Assembly: GCA_965216755.1 (NCBI GenBank)
Contig: CBDCGL010000011.1
Location: forward strand, 3,392,001 to 3,456,000
Origin: Alphaproteobacteria bacterium
Lineage (GTDB): Bacteria; Pseudomonadota; Alphaproteobacteria; UBA7887
DNA: 64,000 bases
Reading direction: 5' to 3'
Shown: piece by piece, positions 42,671-53,922 of the stretch
Layout: each line of letters starts with the position of its first letter
Position numbering within the stretch: position 1 is the stretch's first letter
Translations under genes and position numbers: made by a program
The notes under the pieces: generated by a model
Seen by the model: only the letters and a program-made list of their open reading frames with translations
The model's database searches: none
Told to the model about the DNA's origin: nothing

Positions 42671-44080
42671 GTGAGCACTGACCTCGCCGACACGCTGCTG
42701 GCGCGCGCGCCGCGGGGATCCGAACCGGTCGCGATTCTACCGGTTGCGGCCGCTGAGCTAGCCCCTTGGCTTAACAAGCAAGAGCCCGAGATACGCGATT
42801 GGATCGCAGCGGTGGGTTTCACGGCGAAGCCCCATAGTACGTGTTTCGTGCCCGGTACGGGCGGCGCCCTCGCCCGGGTCTTGGTTGGTATCGCCGAGCC
42901 GTTGGGGCCCTGGGCGCTGGCCGGGCTGCCGCTGACATTGGCAGAGGGCGTGTATGGCCTTGACCCGCGCTTCGAAAGCCAGCTGACGCCGGCCGACGCG
43001 GCGCTTTTGACGGTCGGCTGGGCGGTTGGCGGCTACCAGTTCACGCGCTACAAAAACCGCGATCGAGAAGCGGCGCAGCTGGTCGTTCCCGCGGCTTGCG
43101 ATTTGGCCGAATGCCAGCGCGTTGCCCAGGCGGTCGGCATCGCCCGCGACCTGATCAACACACCGGCAAACGATTTGGGACCCGATGACCTGGCTGACGC
43201 GGCACGGTCGGTCGCCGATCGATTTGGCGCGACCACCCGCGTCGTTCGCGGTGAGGCATTGCTGGATCAGAACTTCCCCGCCATTCACGCGGTTGGTCGT
43301 GCCAGTCACCGCCCGCCATGCTTGATCGATTTCACCTGGGGTGAGGTGACGGCGCCGAGAGTGACTTTGGTTGGCAAGGGCATCTGTTTCGATTCCGGCG
43401 GATTGGATCTGAAACCCGCGGACAACATGCTGCTGATGAAGAAGGACATGGGTGGCGCGGCCCATGCCTTGGGGCTGGCGCACGCGGTGATGGACGCGGG
43501 ATTACCGGTGCGCTTGCGGGTGCTGATCGCGGCCGCCGAAAACAGTGTCGGTGGTGATGCTTTCCGCCCCGGTGATATATTGGCCACGCGCAATGGCAAG
43601 ACGGTCGAGGTCGGCAACACCGACGCCGAAGGGCGCCTGGTCCTGTGCGATGCCTTGACCCTGGGCGACGAAGACAGCCCGGATTTGATGGTCGATATCG
43701 CAACGCTCACCGGTGCCGCCAGGGTTGCCCTGGGGACCGATGTGCCGGCTCTGTTCACGCCCGACGATGCCTTGGCCGAGGCCCTATGCATCCAGGCCGA
43801 GAAATTACGCGACCCGCTGTGGCGATTGCCGTTGTGGGCCGACTATCAGAACCTGCTCGACAGTCCGGTTGCCGATACCAACAATATTAGCCCGGGCGCA
43901 TTCGGCGGCGCCATTACGGCAGCCTTATTTCTGGCCGGCTTTGTGGAACAGGCCAAGGCCTGGGCGCATGTCGATATGATGGCATGGAACCGCAGCGCCC
44001 GCCCCGGCCGCCCGGTTGGCGGCGAGGCCTTGGCGTTGCGCGCGCTCTACGGTTATCTGGCAACCACCTATGGGCGCTGA
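42671..44080 (+). CDS. M17 leucyl aminopeptidase
   Basis: VGKGICFDSGG, MKKDMGGAA, NTDAEGRL. Confidence 0.94.
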   Translation: MSTDLADTLLARAPRGSEPVAILPVAAAELAPWLNKQEPEIRDWIAAVGFTAKPHSTCFVPGTGGALARVLVGIAEPLGPWALAGLPLTLAEGVYGLDPRFESQLTPADAALLTVGWAVGGYQFTRYKNRDREAAQLVVPAACDLAECQRVAQAVGIARDLINTPANDLGPDDLADAARSVADRFGATTRVVRGEALLDQNFPAIHAVGRASHRPPCLIDFTWGEVTAPRVTLVGKGICFDSGGLDLKPADNMLLMKKDMGGAAHALGLAHAVMDAGLPVRLRVLIAAAENSVGGDAFRPGDILATRNGKTVEVGNTDAEGRLVLCDALTLGDEDSPDLMVDIATLTGAARVALGTDVPALFTPDDALAEALCIQAEKLRDPLWRLPLWADYQNLLDSPVADTNNISPGAFGGAITAALFLAGFVEQAKAWAHVDMMAWNRSARPGRPVGGEALALRALYGYLATTYGR

Positions 44081-44276
44081 ACGTGTCGGTGTTGAAATCG
44101 CCGCGAAGCCATTGTTTTGACTGACGTCAACCGTAAGGTCGACAGGCATTTGCTCGCCCATTAAATCGTTCCACAATCGTTATTGACGATGCTATCGGAT
44201 TGCGTGACACTCACCCCTACCAAATCCTGAGCCACTAATAACGTGGGCACTGTTTTCTCTAGTTTTGATGGGTGGA

Positions 44277-44657
44277 ATGTCACAGAGTCTGTCTTCCGAA
44301 CAAGCTTTGCAGCTTTGGCACTCAGTGTTCGTTTCGAGCGTCAGCGACGCCCGGTCCGATCTGACGATGCGGCAAATGGCGATGTTGTTGAGCATCTATC
44401 TGAGCCCGCCGCCGCACACGGTGCGCGGGTTGGCAAAATCGCTCAACATTTCGAAACCGGCGGTCACCCGGGCCCTGAACAAGCTCGGCGACATGGGCTT
44501 GGTCAAACGCAAACGGGATGATGATGATCGGCGCAGCGTGCTGGTCCAACGCACGGTCAAGGGGTCGGTCTATCTTTCGGATGTGGCCGATGTGATCGCG
44601 GCGGCCTCAACAAGGGTGGGCACCGCGACCGAATCGGCGGAAGCCGCGGCGGCTTAG
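44277..44657 (+). CDS. MarR-family transcriptional regulator
   Basis: TVRGLAKSLNISKPAVTRAL...DDDDRRSV winged helix. Confidence 0.9.
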   Translation: MSQSLSSEQALQLWHSVFVSSVSDARSDLTMRQMAMLLSIYLSPPPHTVRGLAKSLNISKPAVTRALNKLGDMGLVKRKRDDDDRRSVLVQRTVKGSVYLSDVADVIAAASTRVGTATESAEAAAA

Positions 44658-44807
44658 ATCAGCCGAACCGGGGTCAATTCTGCGTCGCGCGCAAAACGAC
44701 GGGCGAAATTCAACCTTTTGCCGCCGGTTTGCCGAAACAGCGGGTCCGGTCGCGTGCAAATGGAGAGCGCGGCAAAGCTTCTGATTGCTTGCCGACCATG
44801 GCAATGG

Positions 44808-45737
44808 TCAATAGCCGCGGGAAAGGTCGACTTGATGCGCGGGCGGTGTGCCGGCGCGGACGCGGCGCACATTGCCGATCACGAAGCGGGCGCCCGACTC
44901 GGGCAACACCCAACCGGCATTGTGGGGCGTGATCGTGATCCGCGGATGGTGCCAAAATGAATGGTCGGCGGGTAGTGGCTCGGTTTCGAACACGTCGAGC
45001 CAAGCGCCTGCCAAATGGCCGCTGTCGATTGCCGCCAGCAGGTCAGATTCGATCACTTGTCGGCCCCGACCGGCATTGACGAAATAGGCGCCGGCCGGCA
45101 ACTGGGCGAAGGCGCCCGCGTCAAGCAGGCCCTCGGTGTCGCGCGTCAGGGGCAGAACACTGACCAGAACATCGCTCTGCGCCAGGATCTGTGAAAACCC
45201 GTCTTGACCGGTGAAGCTTTCGACGCCGCCCAGCGATTTCGCCGTGCGGCTCCAGCCGGCCACCGGAAAGCCGCGCGCGATCAAGGCTTGGGCCGCCGCT
45301 TGGCCAATCACGCCCATGCCCAACAGGCCGACCCGACAACCGCCGGCCGGACGCGGCAGTGAATGGCGCCATTCGGCGCGCGCTTGCAGGGCACGAAAGT
45401 GATCGACCCGCCGATGATGGCTCAGCACCGCAAGCAGCACATATTCGACCATTTGCGCGACCAATCCGGCATCGACCAAACGGGCGACGGGAACACCGGC
45501 CGGTAATTCCGGATCCGAACGAATGTGATCGACGCCGGCGCCCAGCGATTGGATCAGTCGCAGGTTTGGCAAACCCGCCAACACGCCCGGCGGCGGCTGC
45601 CAGACCAGGGCGGTATCGATCTCTGTGCTGTCGCCGACATCGGGCCAAACACGCATGTCGAGCGCGGGGTCAAACGCGCGCAGCGCCGCCCGCCACGCAT
45701 CGGGGTCATCTTCACGACTGACAAACAACAGCGCCAT
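44808..45737 (-). CDS. ghrA: Glyoxylate/hydroxypyruvate reductase A-like 2-hydroxyacid dehydrogenase
   Basis: GAGVDH, GMGVIG, NAGRG, LDVFETEPLP, TPH. Confidence 0.85.
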   Translation of the reverse strand: MALLFVSREDDPDAWRAALRAFDPALDMRVWPDVGDSTEIDTALVWQPPPGVLAGLPNLRLIQSLGAGVDHIRSDPELPAGVPVARLVDAGLVAQMVEYVLLAVLSHHRRVDHFRALQARAEWRHSLPRPAGGCRVGLLGMGVIGQAAAQALIARGFPVAGWSRTAKSLGGVESFTGQDGFSQILAQSDVLVSVLPLTRDTEGLLDAGAFAQLPAGAYFVNAGRGRQVIESDLLAAIDSGHLAGAWLDVFETEPLPADHSFWHHPRITITPHNAGWVLPESGARFVIGNVRRVRAGTPPAHQVDLSRGY

Positions 45738-45748
45738 GGTGGTGCCGT

Positions 45749-47371
45749 TCAGGTCGCGATCTCGGCCGACTCAACGGCTTTGATCTCGAACGCCGCGGCC
45801 ATCAGCGCCTTGGTATATTCGGTTTGTGGCGAATCAAACACGTCTGCCGCGGGCCCCTGTTCAATCACACGCCCTGCCTTCAACACGATAACGTCGTTCG
45901 CCAGCGCACGCACGACCCGTAAATCATGACTGATGAACAGATAAGCCAAATCGTGTTCGCGCTGCAAACGGCGCAACAAGTCGACAATCTGTGCTTGCAC
46001 GGACATATCCAAGGCCGATGTTGGTTCGTCCAGCATGACGAAACGCGGCTTGAGAACCATCGCCCGGGCGATCGAAATGCGTTGTCGCTGGCCACCCGAG
46101 AACTCATGTGGATAGCGGTCCATGGTTGATGGATCCAGGTCGACCTCTTCCATAGCGTTGGCCACCAGGGTGCGGCGATCGTTTTCGTCGCCGCCCAAAT
46201 CGTGGATGCGCAGACCTTCTTCGATGATTTGGAAGACCGATAGGCGCGGGCTCAACGAACTGAACGGATCCTGAAACACCACCTGCATTTGCCGACGTAG
46301 CGGTCGCACGGCGCGATTGCTTAGGGCGTCGGTTGGCCGGCCCTCGAACCGGATCGGGCCATCGCTGGATATCAGACGCAGCAGGGCCATGCCCAAGGTC
46401 GTTTTGCCCGAACCGCTCTCGCCCACCACGCCGACGGTCTGACCCTCGCGCACGGATACGGTGACGCCGTCGACGGCTTTGATATGGCCGACGGTGCGGC
46501 GCAGCACACCGCGCCGGATCGGAAACCATACCCGCAAATTGTCCGCCTCCATGACCTGTTTGGCGCTGGCATCGCTTGTCGGTGGATCACCTTTGGGTTC
46601 GGCGCCGAGCAGCGCCTTGGTGTAGTCATGTTGCGGCGTGTCATAGATTTGCGCGGTCGGGCCCTGCTCGACGATTTTGCCTTCGGTCATGACGCAAACA
46701 TAGTCGGCGACGTGATGGACGATGGTCAGGTCGTGGGTGATCAACAGTATCGCCATACCGACTTCGCGCTGCAGGTCCTTCATCAGCGCCAATATTTGGG
46801 CCTGAATGGTGACATCGAGCGCGGTGGTGGGTTCGTCGGCGATCAACAAGCCGGGATCGTTGGCCAGGGCCATGGCGATCATGACCCGCTGGCGTTGACC
46901 ACCAGATAGCTGATGCGGCCACGCTTTGAGTCGTTGCTCGGCGTCTTGCAGGCGGACCAACTTGAGCAACTCGAGCGTCCGCGACCGTGCCTGATTGTAG
47001 GTCAGGCCTTTGTGCAGCATCAGTGTTTCGTTGACTTGCTTTTCCACCGTGTGCAGCGGATTGAGCGATGTCATCGGTTCTTGAAAGATCATCGAAATCT
47101 GATCGCCACGCACCTGCCGCAGCGTGTCTGGGGCGGCCCCGACCAGCTCTTCACCGCGAAACCGCACGCTGCCATGGGGATGGCGGGCGCGCGGATAAGG
47201 CAGCAATTGCAGCACGGACAACGCGGTCACAGATTTGCCCGAGCCGCTCTCGCCGACCAGCGCCACGGTTTGGCCCTCGTCGACCTGAAATGATACGCCA
47301 CGCACCGCCTCAACGTCGCGACGGCCGACCCGAAAGGTCACGGCGAGATTGTCTATCGCGAGCAGGGTCAT
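45749..47371 (-). CDS. yejF: ABC transporter ATP-binding protein (two NBDs)
   Basis: Two GESGSGK Walker A and two SGGQRQR signatures; follows yejABE. Confidence 0.9.
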   Translation of the reverse strand: MTLLAIDNLAVTFRVGRRDVEAVRGVSFQVDEGQTVALVGESGSGKSVTALSVLQLLPYPRARHPHGSVRFRGEELVGAAPDTLRQVRGDQISMIFQEPMTSLNPLHTVEKQVNETLMLHKGLTYNQARSRTLELLKLVRLQDAEQRLKAWPHQLSGGQRQRVMIAMALANDPGLLIADEPTTALDVTIQAQILALMKDLQREVGMAILLITHDLTIVHHVADYVCVMTEGKIVEQGPTAQIYDTPQHDYTKALLGAEPKGDPPTSDASAKQVMEADNLRVWFPIRRGVLRRTVGHIKAVDGVTVSVREGQTVGVVGESGSGKTTLGMALLRLISSDGPIRFEGRPTDALSNRAVRPLRRQMQVVFQDPFSSLSPRLSVFQIIEEGLRIHDLGGDENDRRTLVANAMEEVDLDPSTMDRYPHEFSGGQRQRISIARAMVLKPRFVMLDEPTSALDMSVQAQIVDLLRRLQREHDLAYLFISHDLRVVRALANDVIVLKAGRVIEQGPAADVFDSPQTEYTKALMAAAFEIKAVESAEIAT

Positions 47372-47375
47372 CGGA

Positions 47376-48476
47376 TTACACCGTAATCTTGCGGGGGTCG
47401 AAGGCGTCGCGCACGCCTTCACCGATGAACACCAGCAGCGACAACAACACCGACAGAACGACAAAGCCGGTAAAACCCAACCACGGTGCTTGCAAATTGT
47501 TCTTGCCCTGATTGAGCAATTCGCCCAGCGATGGCGAACCCGGCGGCAGGCCGAAACCGAGGAAGTCGAGCGAGGTCAGCACCGTGACCGAGCCGGTCAA
47601 AATGAACGGCAGAAAGGTCAGGGTCGACACCATGGCATTGGGCAACACATGGCGGTACATGATCGAAATATCGCTGGCGCCCAGCGCCCGCGCCGCGCGG
47701 ACAAAATCGAAATTACGCGCGCGCAGGAACTCGGCCCGCACCACGCCGACCAAACCCATCCAACTAAACAGCAGCATCAAGCCCAACAGCCACCAGAAGT
47801 TCGGCTTGACCACGCTCGCCAGGATGATCAGCAGATAGAGCGTCGGCAGTGATGACCAGATCTCGATAAAGCGCTGAAACAGTAAATCGACCAAGCCGCC
47901 GAAATAGCCCTGGACCGCGCCGGCGGCGATGCCGACGATCGAGCTGAGCAGAGTCAACGTCAGGCCGAACAGTACCGATATGCGAAAACCGTAGATCAAG
48001 CGCGCCATCACATCGCGAGCCTGATCATCGGTGCCGAGCCAATTATCCGCGGACGGCGGCGCTGGCGCTGGCACCGGTAAATTGTAATTGATGGTTCGGT
48101 AGCTATAGGGGACCAGCGGCCAAATCATCCAGCCCTTGTCGTTGATCAAACCGGCCACCAGCCGGTCGCGGTAATTCGCCTCGGTTTCGAAATCGCCGCC
48201 GAAGGTCGTTTCGGAATAGGTCTTTAGCACTGGCATATAAAGGCCGCCGTCGAACCACACCAGAATTGGCTTGTCGTTGGCGATAAATTCGGCCGGCAGC
48301 GAGACAAAAAATAGAAACAGGAAAAGCCGCAGGCTCCAAAAAGCGCGGCCGTTCTTGCGAAAATTGGCCAGTCGGCGTCGGGTCAGCGGGGTCAGCCTGA
48401 GTCCCCAAACACGACCGGTCGGCATCGGCGGGGCTTGGCGTTTTACGGTGGGCGAGGCCAGGGTGTGCTCGGCCAT
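47376..48476 (-). CDS. yejE: ABC transporter permease
   Basis: AEFIANDKP, LGTDDQARDV, AARALGAS. Confidence 0.92.
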   Translation of the reverse strand: MAEHTLASPTVKRQAPPMPTGRVWGLRLTPLTRRRLANFRKNGRAFWSLRLFLFLFFVSLPAEFIANDKPILVWFDGGLYMPVLKTYSETTFGGDFETEANYRDRLVAGLINDKGWMIWPLVPYSYRTINYNLPVPAPAPPSADNWLGTDDQARDVMARLIYGFRISVLFGLTLTLLSSIVGIAAGAVQGYFGGLVDLLFQRFIEIWSSLPTLYLLIILASVVKPNFWWLLGLMLLFSWMGLVGVVRAEFLRARNFDFVRAARALGASDISIMYRHVLPNAMVSTLTFLPFILTGSVTVLTSLDFLGFGLPPGSPSLGELLNQGKNNLQAPWLGFTGFVVLSVLLSLLVFIGEGVRDAFDPRKITV

Positions 48477-48481
48477 GATCG

Positions 48482-49597
48482 TCAGGCCTCACGGCTTTCA
48501 AAGTCGATACGTGGGTCGATCACGGTATAGGCGATATCGCCGACCAGGTTCATGACCAGGCCAAGTAACGTGAAAAAGTAAAGGGTGGCGAACATGACCG
48601 GATAGTCGCGCCCCAGCGCGGCCTCGAAACCGAGCAAACCAAGTCCGTCGAGTGAGAAGATCACTTCGATCAGCAACGATCCGGTGAACAATATACCGAT
48701 AAACGCGGATGGAAATCCGGCGATCACGATCAACATGGCATTGCGGAACACATGGCCGTAGAGCACCCGGTTTTCGGCCAAGCCCTTGGCACGCGCCGTG
48801 GTCACATATTGCTTGTTGATCTCCTCGACGAAAGAGTTTTTGGTCAGCAGTGTCAGACCGGCGAAGCCGCCGATGACCATCGAAACGATCGGCAGCGCCA
48901 AATGCCAAAAATAATCACCAATCTGCTGCAGCAAAGTCAGTTCGTCAAAATTGGTTGACGTCAGCCCCCGTAGCGGAAACCAATCGAAATAGCGCCCGCC
49001 GGCGAACAGCACGATCAGCAGGATCGCGAATAAGAAGCTTGGAATGGCATTGCCGATTACGATGACGCCGGATGTCCAAATGTCAAAACGCGACCCGTCG
49101 CGCACCGCCTTGGCAACGCCGAGCGGGATCGATATCAAATAAACAAATAGCGTGGTCCACAAACCAAGTGAGATCGAAACCGGCATTTTGTCGAGCACCA
49201 AGTCGACAACGCGTTGGTCGCGGAAAAAGCTTTCACCGAAATCGAAGGTCGCGTAGCGACCAAGCATGTCGATGAAGCGCTCATGCCAAGGTTTGTCGAA
49301 ACCGTAGAGCTTCTCAAGTTCTTCGATAAATTTTGGATCGAGCCCCTGGGCGCCCCGATATTTGCTGGTGACACTGCTACCGCCACCAGCTTGCTGCGTA
49401 CGCCGTTCGCCCAGAGACTCGGTTTGGCCGGCGCCGCTGACACGCGCCGTCAGATCGGTGCCGGTGCCGGTGTAGCGGGAAATGATCTGTTCTATGGGAC
49501 CGCCGGGCGCCGCCTGAATAACCACGAAATTGATCAGCATGATTCCGAACAGGGTCGGAATGATCAGCAGTAAACGACGAATGATATAGGCGGTCAT
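48482..49597 (-). CDS. yejB: ABC transporter permease
   Basis: [29 protein letters not shown]. Confidence 0.93.
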   Translation of the reverse strand: MTAYIIRRLLLIIPTLFGIMLINFVVIQAAPGGPIEQIISRYTGTGTDLTARVSGAGQTESLGERRTQQAGGGSSVTSKYRGAQGLDPKFIEELEKLYGFDKPWHERFIDMLGRYATFDFGESFFRDQRVVDLVLDKMPVSISLGLWTTLFVYLISIPLGVAKAVRDGSRFDIWTSGVIVIGNAIPSFLFAILLIVLFAGGRYFDWFPLRGLTSTNFDELTLLQQIGDYFWHLALPIVSMVIGGFAGLTLLTKNSFVEEINKQYVTTARAKGLAENRVLYGHVFRNAMLIVIAGFPSAFIGILFTGSLLIEVIFSLDGLGLLGFEAALGRDYPVMFATLYFFTLLGLVMNLVGDIAYTVIDPRIDFESREA

Positions 49598-49635
49598 GAT
49601 GTCAAAGATCGTGTCCGGGGCCTGGCGCCGACCTT

Positions 49636-51675
49636 TTACCGGGCGCGCCGGCGCCTAAGATACAGCACCAACGCGATCAAACCGAAACCGGCGAGTGCGA
49701 GCCAAATCGAGAGATTTTGGCGCTCCTGGCCGACCTCATCCATGCGCGCCGGTGGTGCGCTTGTCGGATCGCTCTGTGGCGGTGCCTCGGTCGAACCCTC
49801 GGTGGTCTCCGCCGGGCCCGTGACGGGCGGAACGGACTCGGCCTGGGCCAGCACCGTCTCATGTTTGTTGGCATCGATCCACCAGGTCGAGGGAAAGCCA
49901 AGACCAAACCGCGGCGGCGTCGCCGGCTTGCCGAAGATGTCCCAGTAAATCAGCCGAAAACTGCGAATATGCCAGTGCGGGATGACATAGTGGCCCCATA
50001 ACAACACACGGTCGAGCGCGCGCGTTGTGGCGACCAGTGTCTCGCGATCGGGGGCGGCGATCAGCAATTCCACCAACTCGTCGATCGTCGGTTCGCTGAT
50101 CCCGGCGTAATTTTGCGAGCCCTCGGTCACAGCCGCTTCGCCCGTCCAATAGCCCCGTTGCTCATTGCCCGGACTTTGCGACTGCCCCCACACCGTCGTG
50201 ATCATATCGAAATCAAACCCGTCCAAGCGATTCTGATATTGGGCCGGGTCGACAATCCGGATCGACGCGGTGATCCCCAATCGCTTGAGATTCTCCACCA
50301 CCGGTCCGACGATCCGTTCAAAGGCGGGCGAGACCAGCAGAAACTCGATCTCCATCACTTCGCCGCTTTGGTCGTTGGTCAGAACATTGTCCTTGACCAC
50401 CCATCCGGCCTCGGCGAGTAGTTCGCGCGCGCGCAACAAATTGTCCCGGATGTCGCCGGAGCCGTCTGTGGCCGGCGGCTCATAGACGGTCGTGAACACT
50501 TCCTCGGGAACGCGGCCACGAAATTCCTCCAGAATTCCCAGTTCCAAGCCTTCGGGTAGGTCGCGCGAGGCGAGTTCGGAGTTCGAGTAGTAGCTCTTGG
50601 TACGCGTATACTGGCCGTAAAACAGATTGATATTGGTCCACTCGAAGTCGAATGCATAGGCGAGCGCTTGGCGGACCTTGGGGTCGGCGAATTTCGATCG
50701 GCGCATATTGAAGACGAAGCCCTGCATGCCCGTACCGAGCTCGTGGGCAACCTCTTCCTTGACCATCAGTCCCCGCTCGACCGCGGGAAAATCGTAGGCT
50801 GTCGCCCACTCTTTCGAAATATTCTCTTGTCGAAAATCATATTCGTTCGCCTTCAAAGCCTCGATGGCGACCGTGGCGTCGCGATAATAGTCAAACTGGA
50901 TCTCATCGAAATTGTTCTGGCCGAGATTAACCGGCAGGTTCGCGCCCCAATAATCCTCAACCCGCCGATAGGTGATCGAACGGCCGGGATCGACCTTGTC
51001 CACCTGATAGGGGCCACTGGTCAGGGGTGGTTCCAAGGTGGTTTCGTCAAACGCGCGCTCTTCCCAATAGTGCTTCGGCAAGACCGTCATTTGGCCGATG
51101 ATCAGCGGCAGTTCACGGTTGGTCGTGTCGCGAAACGTGAAACGCACCGTGCGCTCGCCGGTCTTCTCGGCGGCCGTGACGTCGGCGTAATAGGTGCGAA
51201 AAAATGGGTTGCCCTTGGCTGTCAGGGTCTCGAACGTGAAGATGACGTCATCGACGGTCACCGGTTGGCCGTCGTGCCAGCGGGCTTCGGGACGCAATGT
51301 GAAAGCGACCCACGACCGATCTTCGGGCATTTCAATCGTTTCCGCGAGCAGGCCATATTCAGTGAACGGCTCGTCGGCGGACCCGACCAACAGGCTATCA
51401 TAGGTGAGGCTTAGGCCGGCGGCGGCGACGCCCTTGATGATGAATTGATTGAGCGTGTCATAGGTGCCGACGGCCGCCAGGCGCACTTTGCCGCCTTTCG
51501 GCGCGTTCGGGTCGGCATAGTCGAAATGCGGAAAATCGGCGCCGTATTTGACATCGCCATACATCGACAGCGCATGGCTTGTTGCGACATCCGATTGCGC
51601 CTGAGCCCCTACGGTGGCGATGCCGGAGCAAATCAAAGTCAGCGCGGCGATAGCGCGTTTGGCATACGGATACAT
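49636..51675 (-). CDS. yejA: ABC transporter substrate-binding protein with C-terminal TM extension
   Basis: [31 protein letters not shown], family 5 SBP core ending STWWID; extra ~70 aa tail. Confidence 0.9.
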   Translation of the reverse strand: MYPYAKRAIAALTLICSGIATVGAQAQSDVATSHALSMYGDVKYGADFPHFDYADPNAPKGGKVRLAAVGTYDTLNQFIIKGVAAAGLSLTYDSLLVGSADEPFTEYGLLAETIEMPEDRSWVAFTLRPEARWHDGQPVTVDDVIFTFETLTAKGNPFFRTYYADVTAAEKTGERTVRFTFRDTTNRELPLIIGQMTVLPKHYWEERAFDETTLEPPLTSGPYQVDKVDPGRSITYRRVEDYWGANLPVNLGQNNFDEIQFDYYRDATVAIEALKANEYDFRQENISKEWATAYDFPAVERGLMVKEEVAHELGTGMQGFVFNMRRSKFADPKVRQALAYAFDFEWTNINLFYGQYTRTKSYYSNSELASRDLPEGLELGILEEFRGRVPEEVFTTVYEPPATDGSGDIRDNLLRARELLAEAGWVVKDNVLTNDQSGEVMEIEFLLVSPAFERIVGPVVENLKRLGITASIRIVDPAQYQNRLDGFDFDMITTVWGQSQSPGNEQRGYWTGEAAVTEGSQNYAGISEPTIDELVELLIAAPDRETLVATTRALDRVLLWGHYVIPHWHIRSFRLIYWDIFGKPATPPRFGLGFPSTWWIDANKHETVLAQAESVPPVTGPAETTEGSTEAPPQSDPTSAPPARMDEVGQERQNLSIWLALAGFGLIALVLYLRRRRAR

Positions 51676-51889
51676 GAACGGCTCTTGCTCCCCGTGCGGT
51701 GTTTCCGGATTTGGTCGGCGTCTCTGCAACGGATATCGAAGACCAGCTGGTTCGAGACGTTGGATCCTGTTGCACATCCAAGGGCGGCACAATCAGATCG
51801 TGCACGAACGTCTTATAGTCGCGTCGTGGACGCCGCGGTTCAAGACCCGCCGGTCATCGATCACATGAATGTTGCGGGCCCGGGCCCGG

Positions 51890-53059
51890 TCACGGCAAGG
51901 GGTGGGGCTGCTCTGCCAGGCTACGCAGATAGGCAATGACAGCCGCCCGATCTCCGGCGTCTTTGATGCCGGGAAAGGCCATTTTCGTGCCTTTGGCAAA
52001 ATCTCGCGGCGCGGCCAAAAACGCATCCAGCGCATCATAGGTCCAATCGCCACCGACCTCCATTAGCCCCTTCGAATATTTGAACCCTTCGATGGCGGCG
52101 ATCGGGCGGCCGACGATGTCCCACAGGGCGGGGCCGATCTTGCCGCTCTTAGCAGCATCGACACTGTGGCAGGCGACGCATTTCTTGGCGACTTTCTCGC
52201 CGGCCGCAATGTCGGCCGCCGCAACGGCAACCGCCACGCCGCCGCTCTCACCCTCCGCGGCCGGTTCCGACGCGGCCGGCTCTGATGCCGCGCGTTCCGA
52301 AGTCGCGGGTTCCGAAGTCGCTGGGGCTTCCGTTTCCGCGGACGTTTCGGGTTCGGGCGACGCGGTTGGTTCCGGTGTGTCTTGCGCCGCCTCGACCGCC
52401 GCGACCTCAGCCGGGGCGCTGTCAGGCTCCGTCGGTGCTTCGGTCTCCGTGATTTGCGGTGCTGCTGTCGGCTCGGGTAGCGGCGCCGGCGACGCGGAGA
52501 ACGATCGCAGATAGGCGATCACATTGGCGCGGTCCTGCGGGTCCTTGATTCCCGGAAACGCCATTTTCGTGCCTTTGGCAAACTGCTTCGGCGCCGCCAA
52601 AAATCCGTCCAGGGCTTGATAGGTCCAGTCGCCTACCAGTTCGTTCAACACGGTGGAATAGGAAAAGCCTTCGGTCGCGGCAACGTCACTGTCCACGATG
52701 TCCCAAAGGTTGGGGCCGACCTTTTGTGCGCCGCCTTCGTCGAAGCTATGGCACGCCACACACTTTTTCGCCGCCTTTTCGCCAGCGGCAATATCGGCAT
52801 CGGCCAAAAGCGCTAAAACGCCATCCGAACGCGCGGTCTCGCCGGCGGCTTCAGTGGTGCCCTCGGCCACGGCGTCGTCTGCCATGTCCGCGGGTTCGCC
52901 GTCAGGCGTGTGTTCGGCAGGTGCTCCGACCAAGAACACCGGTGTCTCAGGGCTATCATGGCGCGCGAAAATAAGGTCCGCGACAAATCCCAAGATCAAG
53001 GCAAACAAGGTTGCGCCCAAGATGGCGCCAACGATTTTGTTCAATTCGAAGGCAGACAT
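51890..53059 (-). CDS. cycM: Membrane-anchored cytochrome c (CycM/cy-like) with two haem domains
   Basis: MSAFELNKIVGA N-terminal anchor; CVACH twice, each followed by GP.LW.IV and GTKMAFPGI. Confidence 0.88.
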   Translation of the reverse strand: MSAFELNKIVGAILGATLFALILGFVADLIFARHDSPETPVFLVGAPAEHTPDGEPADMADDAVAEGTTEAAGETARSDGVLALLADADIAAGEKAAKKCVACHSFDEGGAQKVGPNLWDIVDSDVAATEGFSYSTVLNELVGDWTYQALDGFLAAPKQFAKGTKMAFPGIKDPQDRANVIAYLRSFSASPAPLPEPTAAPQITETEAPTEPDSAPAEVAAVEAAQDTPEPTASPEPETSAETEAPATSEPATSERAASEPAASEPAAEGESGGVAVAVAAADIAAGEKVAKKCVACHSVDAAKSGKIGPALWDIVGRPIAAIEGFKYSKGLMEVGGDWTYDALDAFLAAPRDFAKGTKMAFPGIKDAGDRAAVIAYLRSLAEQPHPLP

Positions 53060-53175
53060 GACCGCTCCGGCACCGCGGTTGAGACGCGCGGAAGGTAGCG
53101 GCTTTCGCCGTGTCGGCGCAACACCTATAAAGGGCGGCAACCAGGTGGGCTCGTAATTTCGATTGCGTTAGGGCG

Positions 53176-53919
53176 ATGGACAAGTTTGGCAAGGTGATCA
53201 TTGTGATTCCGTCGCGGCTGGCGTCCCAGCGACTGCCCGATAAGCCGTTGTTGCCGGTCGGCGATCAACCCATGATCGTCCAAGTCTTGCGGCGCGCGGA
53301 AGAAGCTGCGGTCGGCCCGGTGTTGGTTGCGTGTGGTGACCAGGCCATCGCCGATGCCGTCCGCCGCGCGGGTGGCACCGCGGTGATGACGGCGCAGGAT
53401 TTGCCGTCCGGATCGGATCGGGTGTGGGCGGCCGTCTGCGCGGCCGACGCCGGCGGGGATCATGATCTCATCCTAAATCTACAGGGCGATTTGCCGACGA
53501 TCGCGCCCGACGCGGTACGCGCGGTTTTGCGACCCTTGGCGGACCCGGCGGTCGATGTGGCGACGTTGGCGAGTCCGATTGTCGAGGCCCATGAACGGAA
53601 TGACCCCAATGTGGTCAAGGTCGTGTACAGCCCCGGCCGAGTACCGGATGTCGGGCGGGCGCTTTACTTCACCCGTGCGACCGCACCCAGCGGCGACGGC
53701 CCGCTATATCACCATATTGGCATCTATGCCTATCGGCGCGCGGCACTCGAACGTTTTGTCGACTTGCCGCCGAGTCCGTTGGAATTGCGTGAGCGGCTGG
53801 AACAATTGCGGGCGCTCGAAGCGGGCATGCGCATCGATGTTGCGCTCACAGACCACGTGCCCTTGGGTGTCGACACGCCAGACGACCTGGCGCGCGCGCG
53901 CCGGCTGCTGGGTGCCTAG
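53176..53919 (+). CDS. kdsB: CMP-KDO synthetase
   Basis: [40 protein letters not shown]. Confidence 0.96.
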   Translation: MDKFGKVIIVIPSRLASQRLPDKPLLPVGDQPMIVQVLRRAEEAAVGPVLVACGDQAIADAVRRAGGTAVMTAQDLPSGSDRVWAAVCAADAGGDHDLILNLQGDLPTIAPDAVRAVLRPLADPAVDVATLASPIVEAHERNDPNVVKVVYSPGRVPDVGRALYFTRATAPSGDGPLYHHIGIYAYRRAALERFVDLPPSPLELRERLEQLRALEAGMRIDVALTDHVPLGVDTPDDLARARRLLGA

Positions 53920-53922
53920 GCG

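Noticed and set aside
44277-44657. Naming the MarR-family gene ldtR
   Set aside because: The sequence does not resemble LdtR as I recall it; left as a generic MarR-family regulator.
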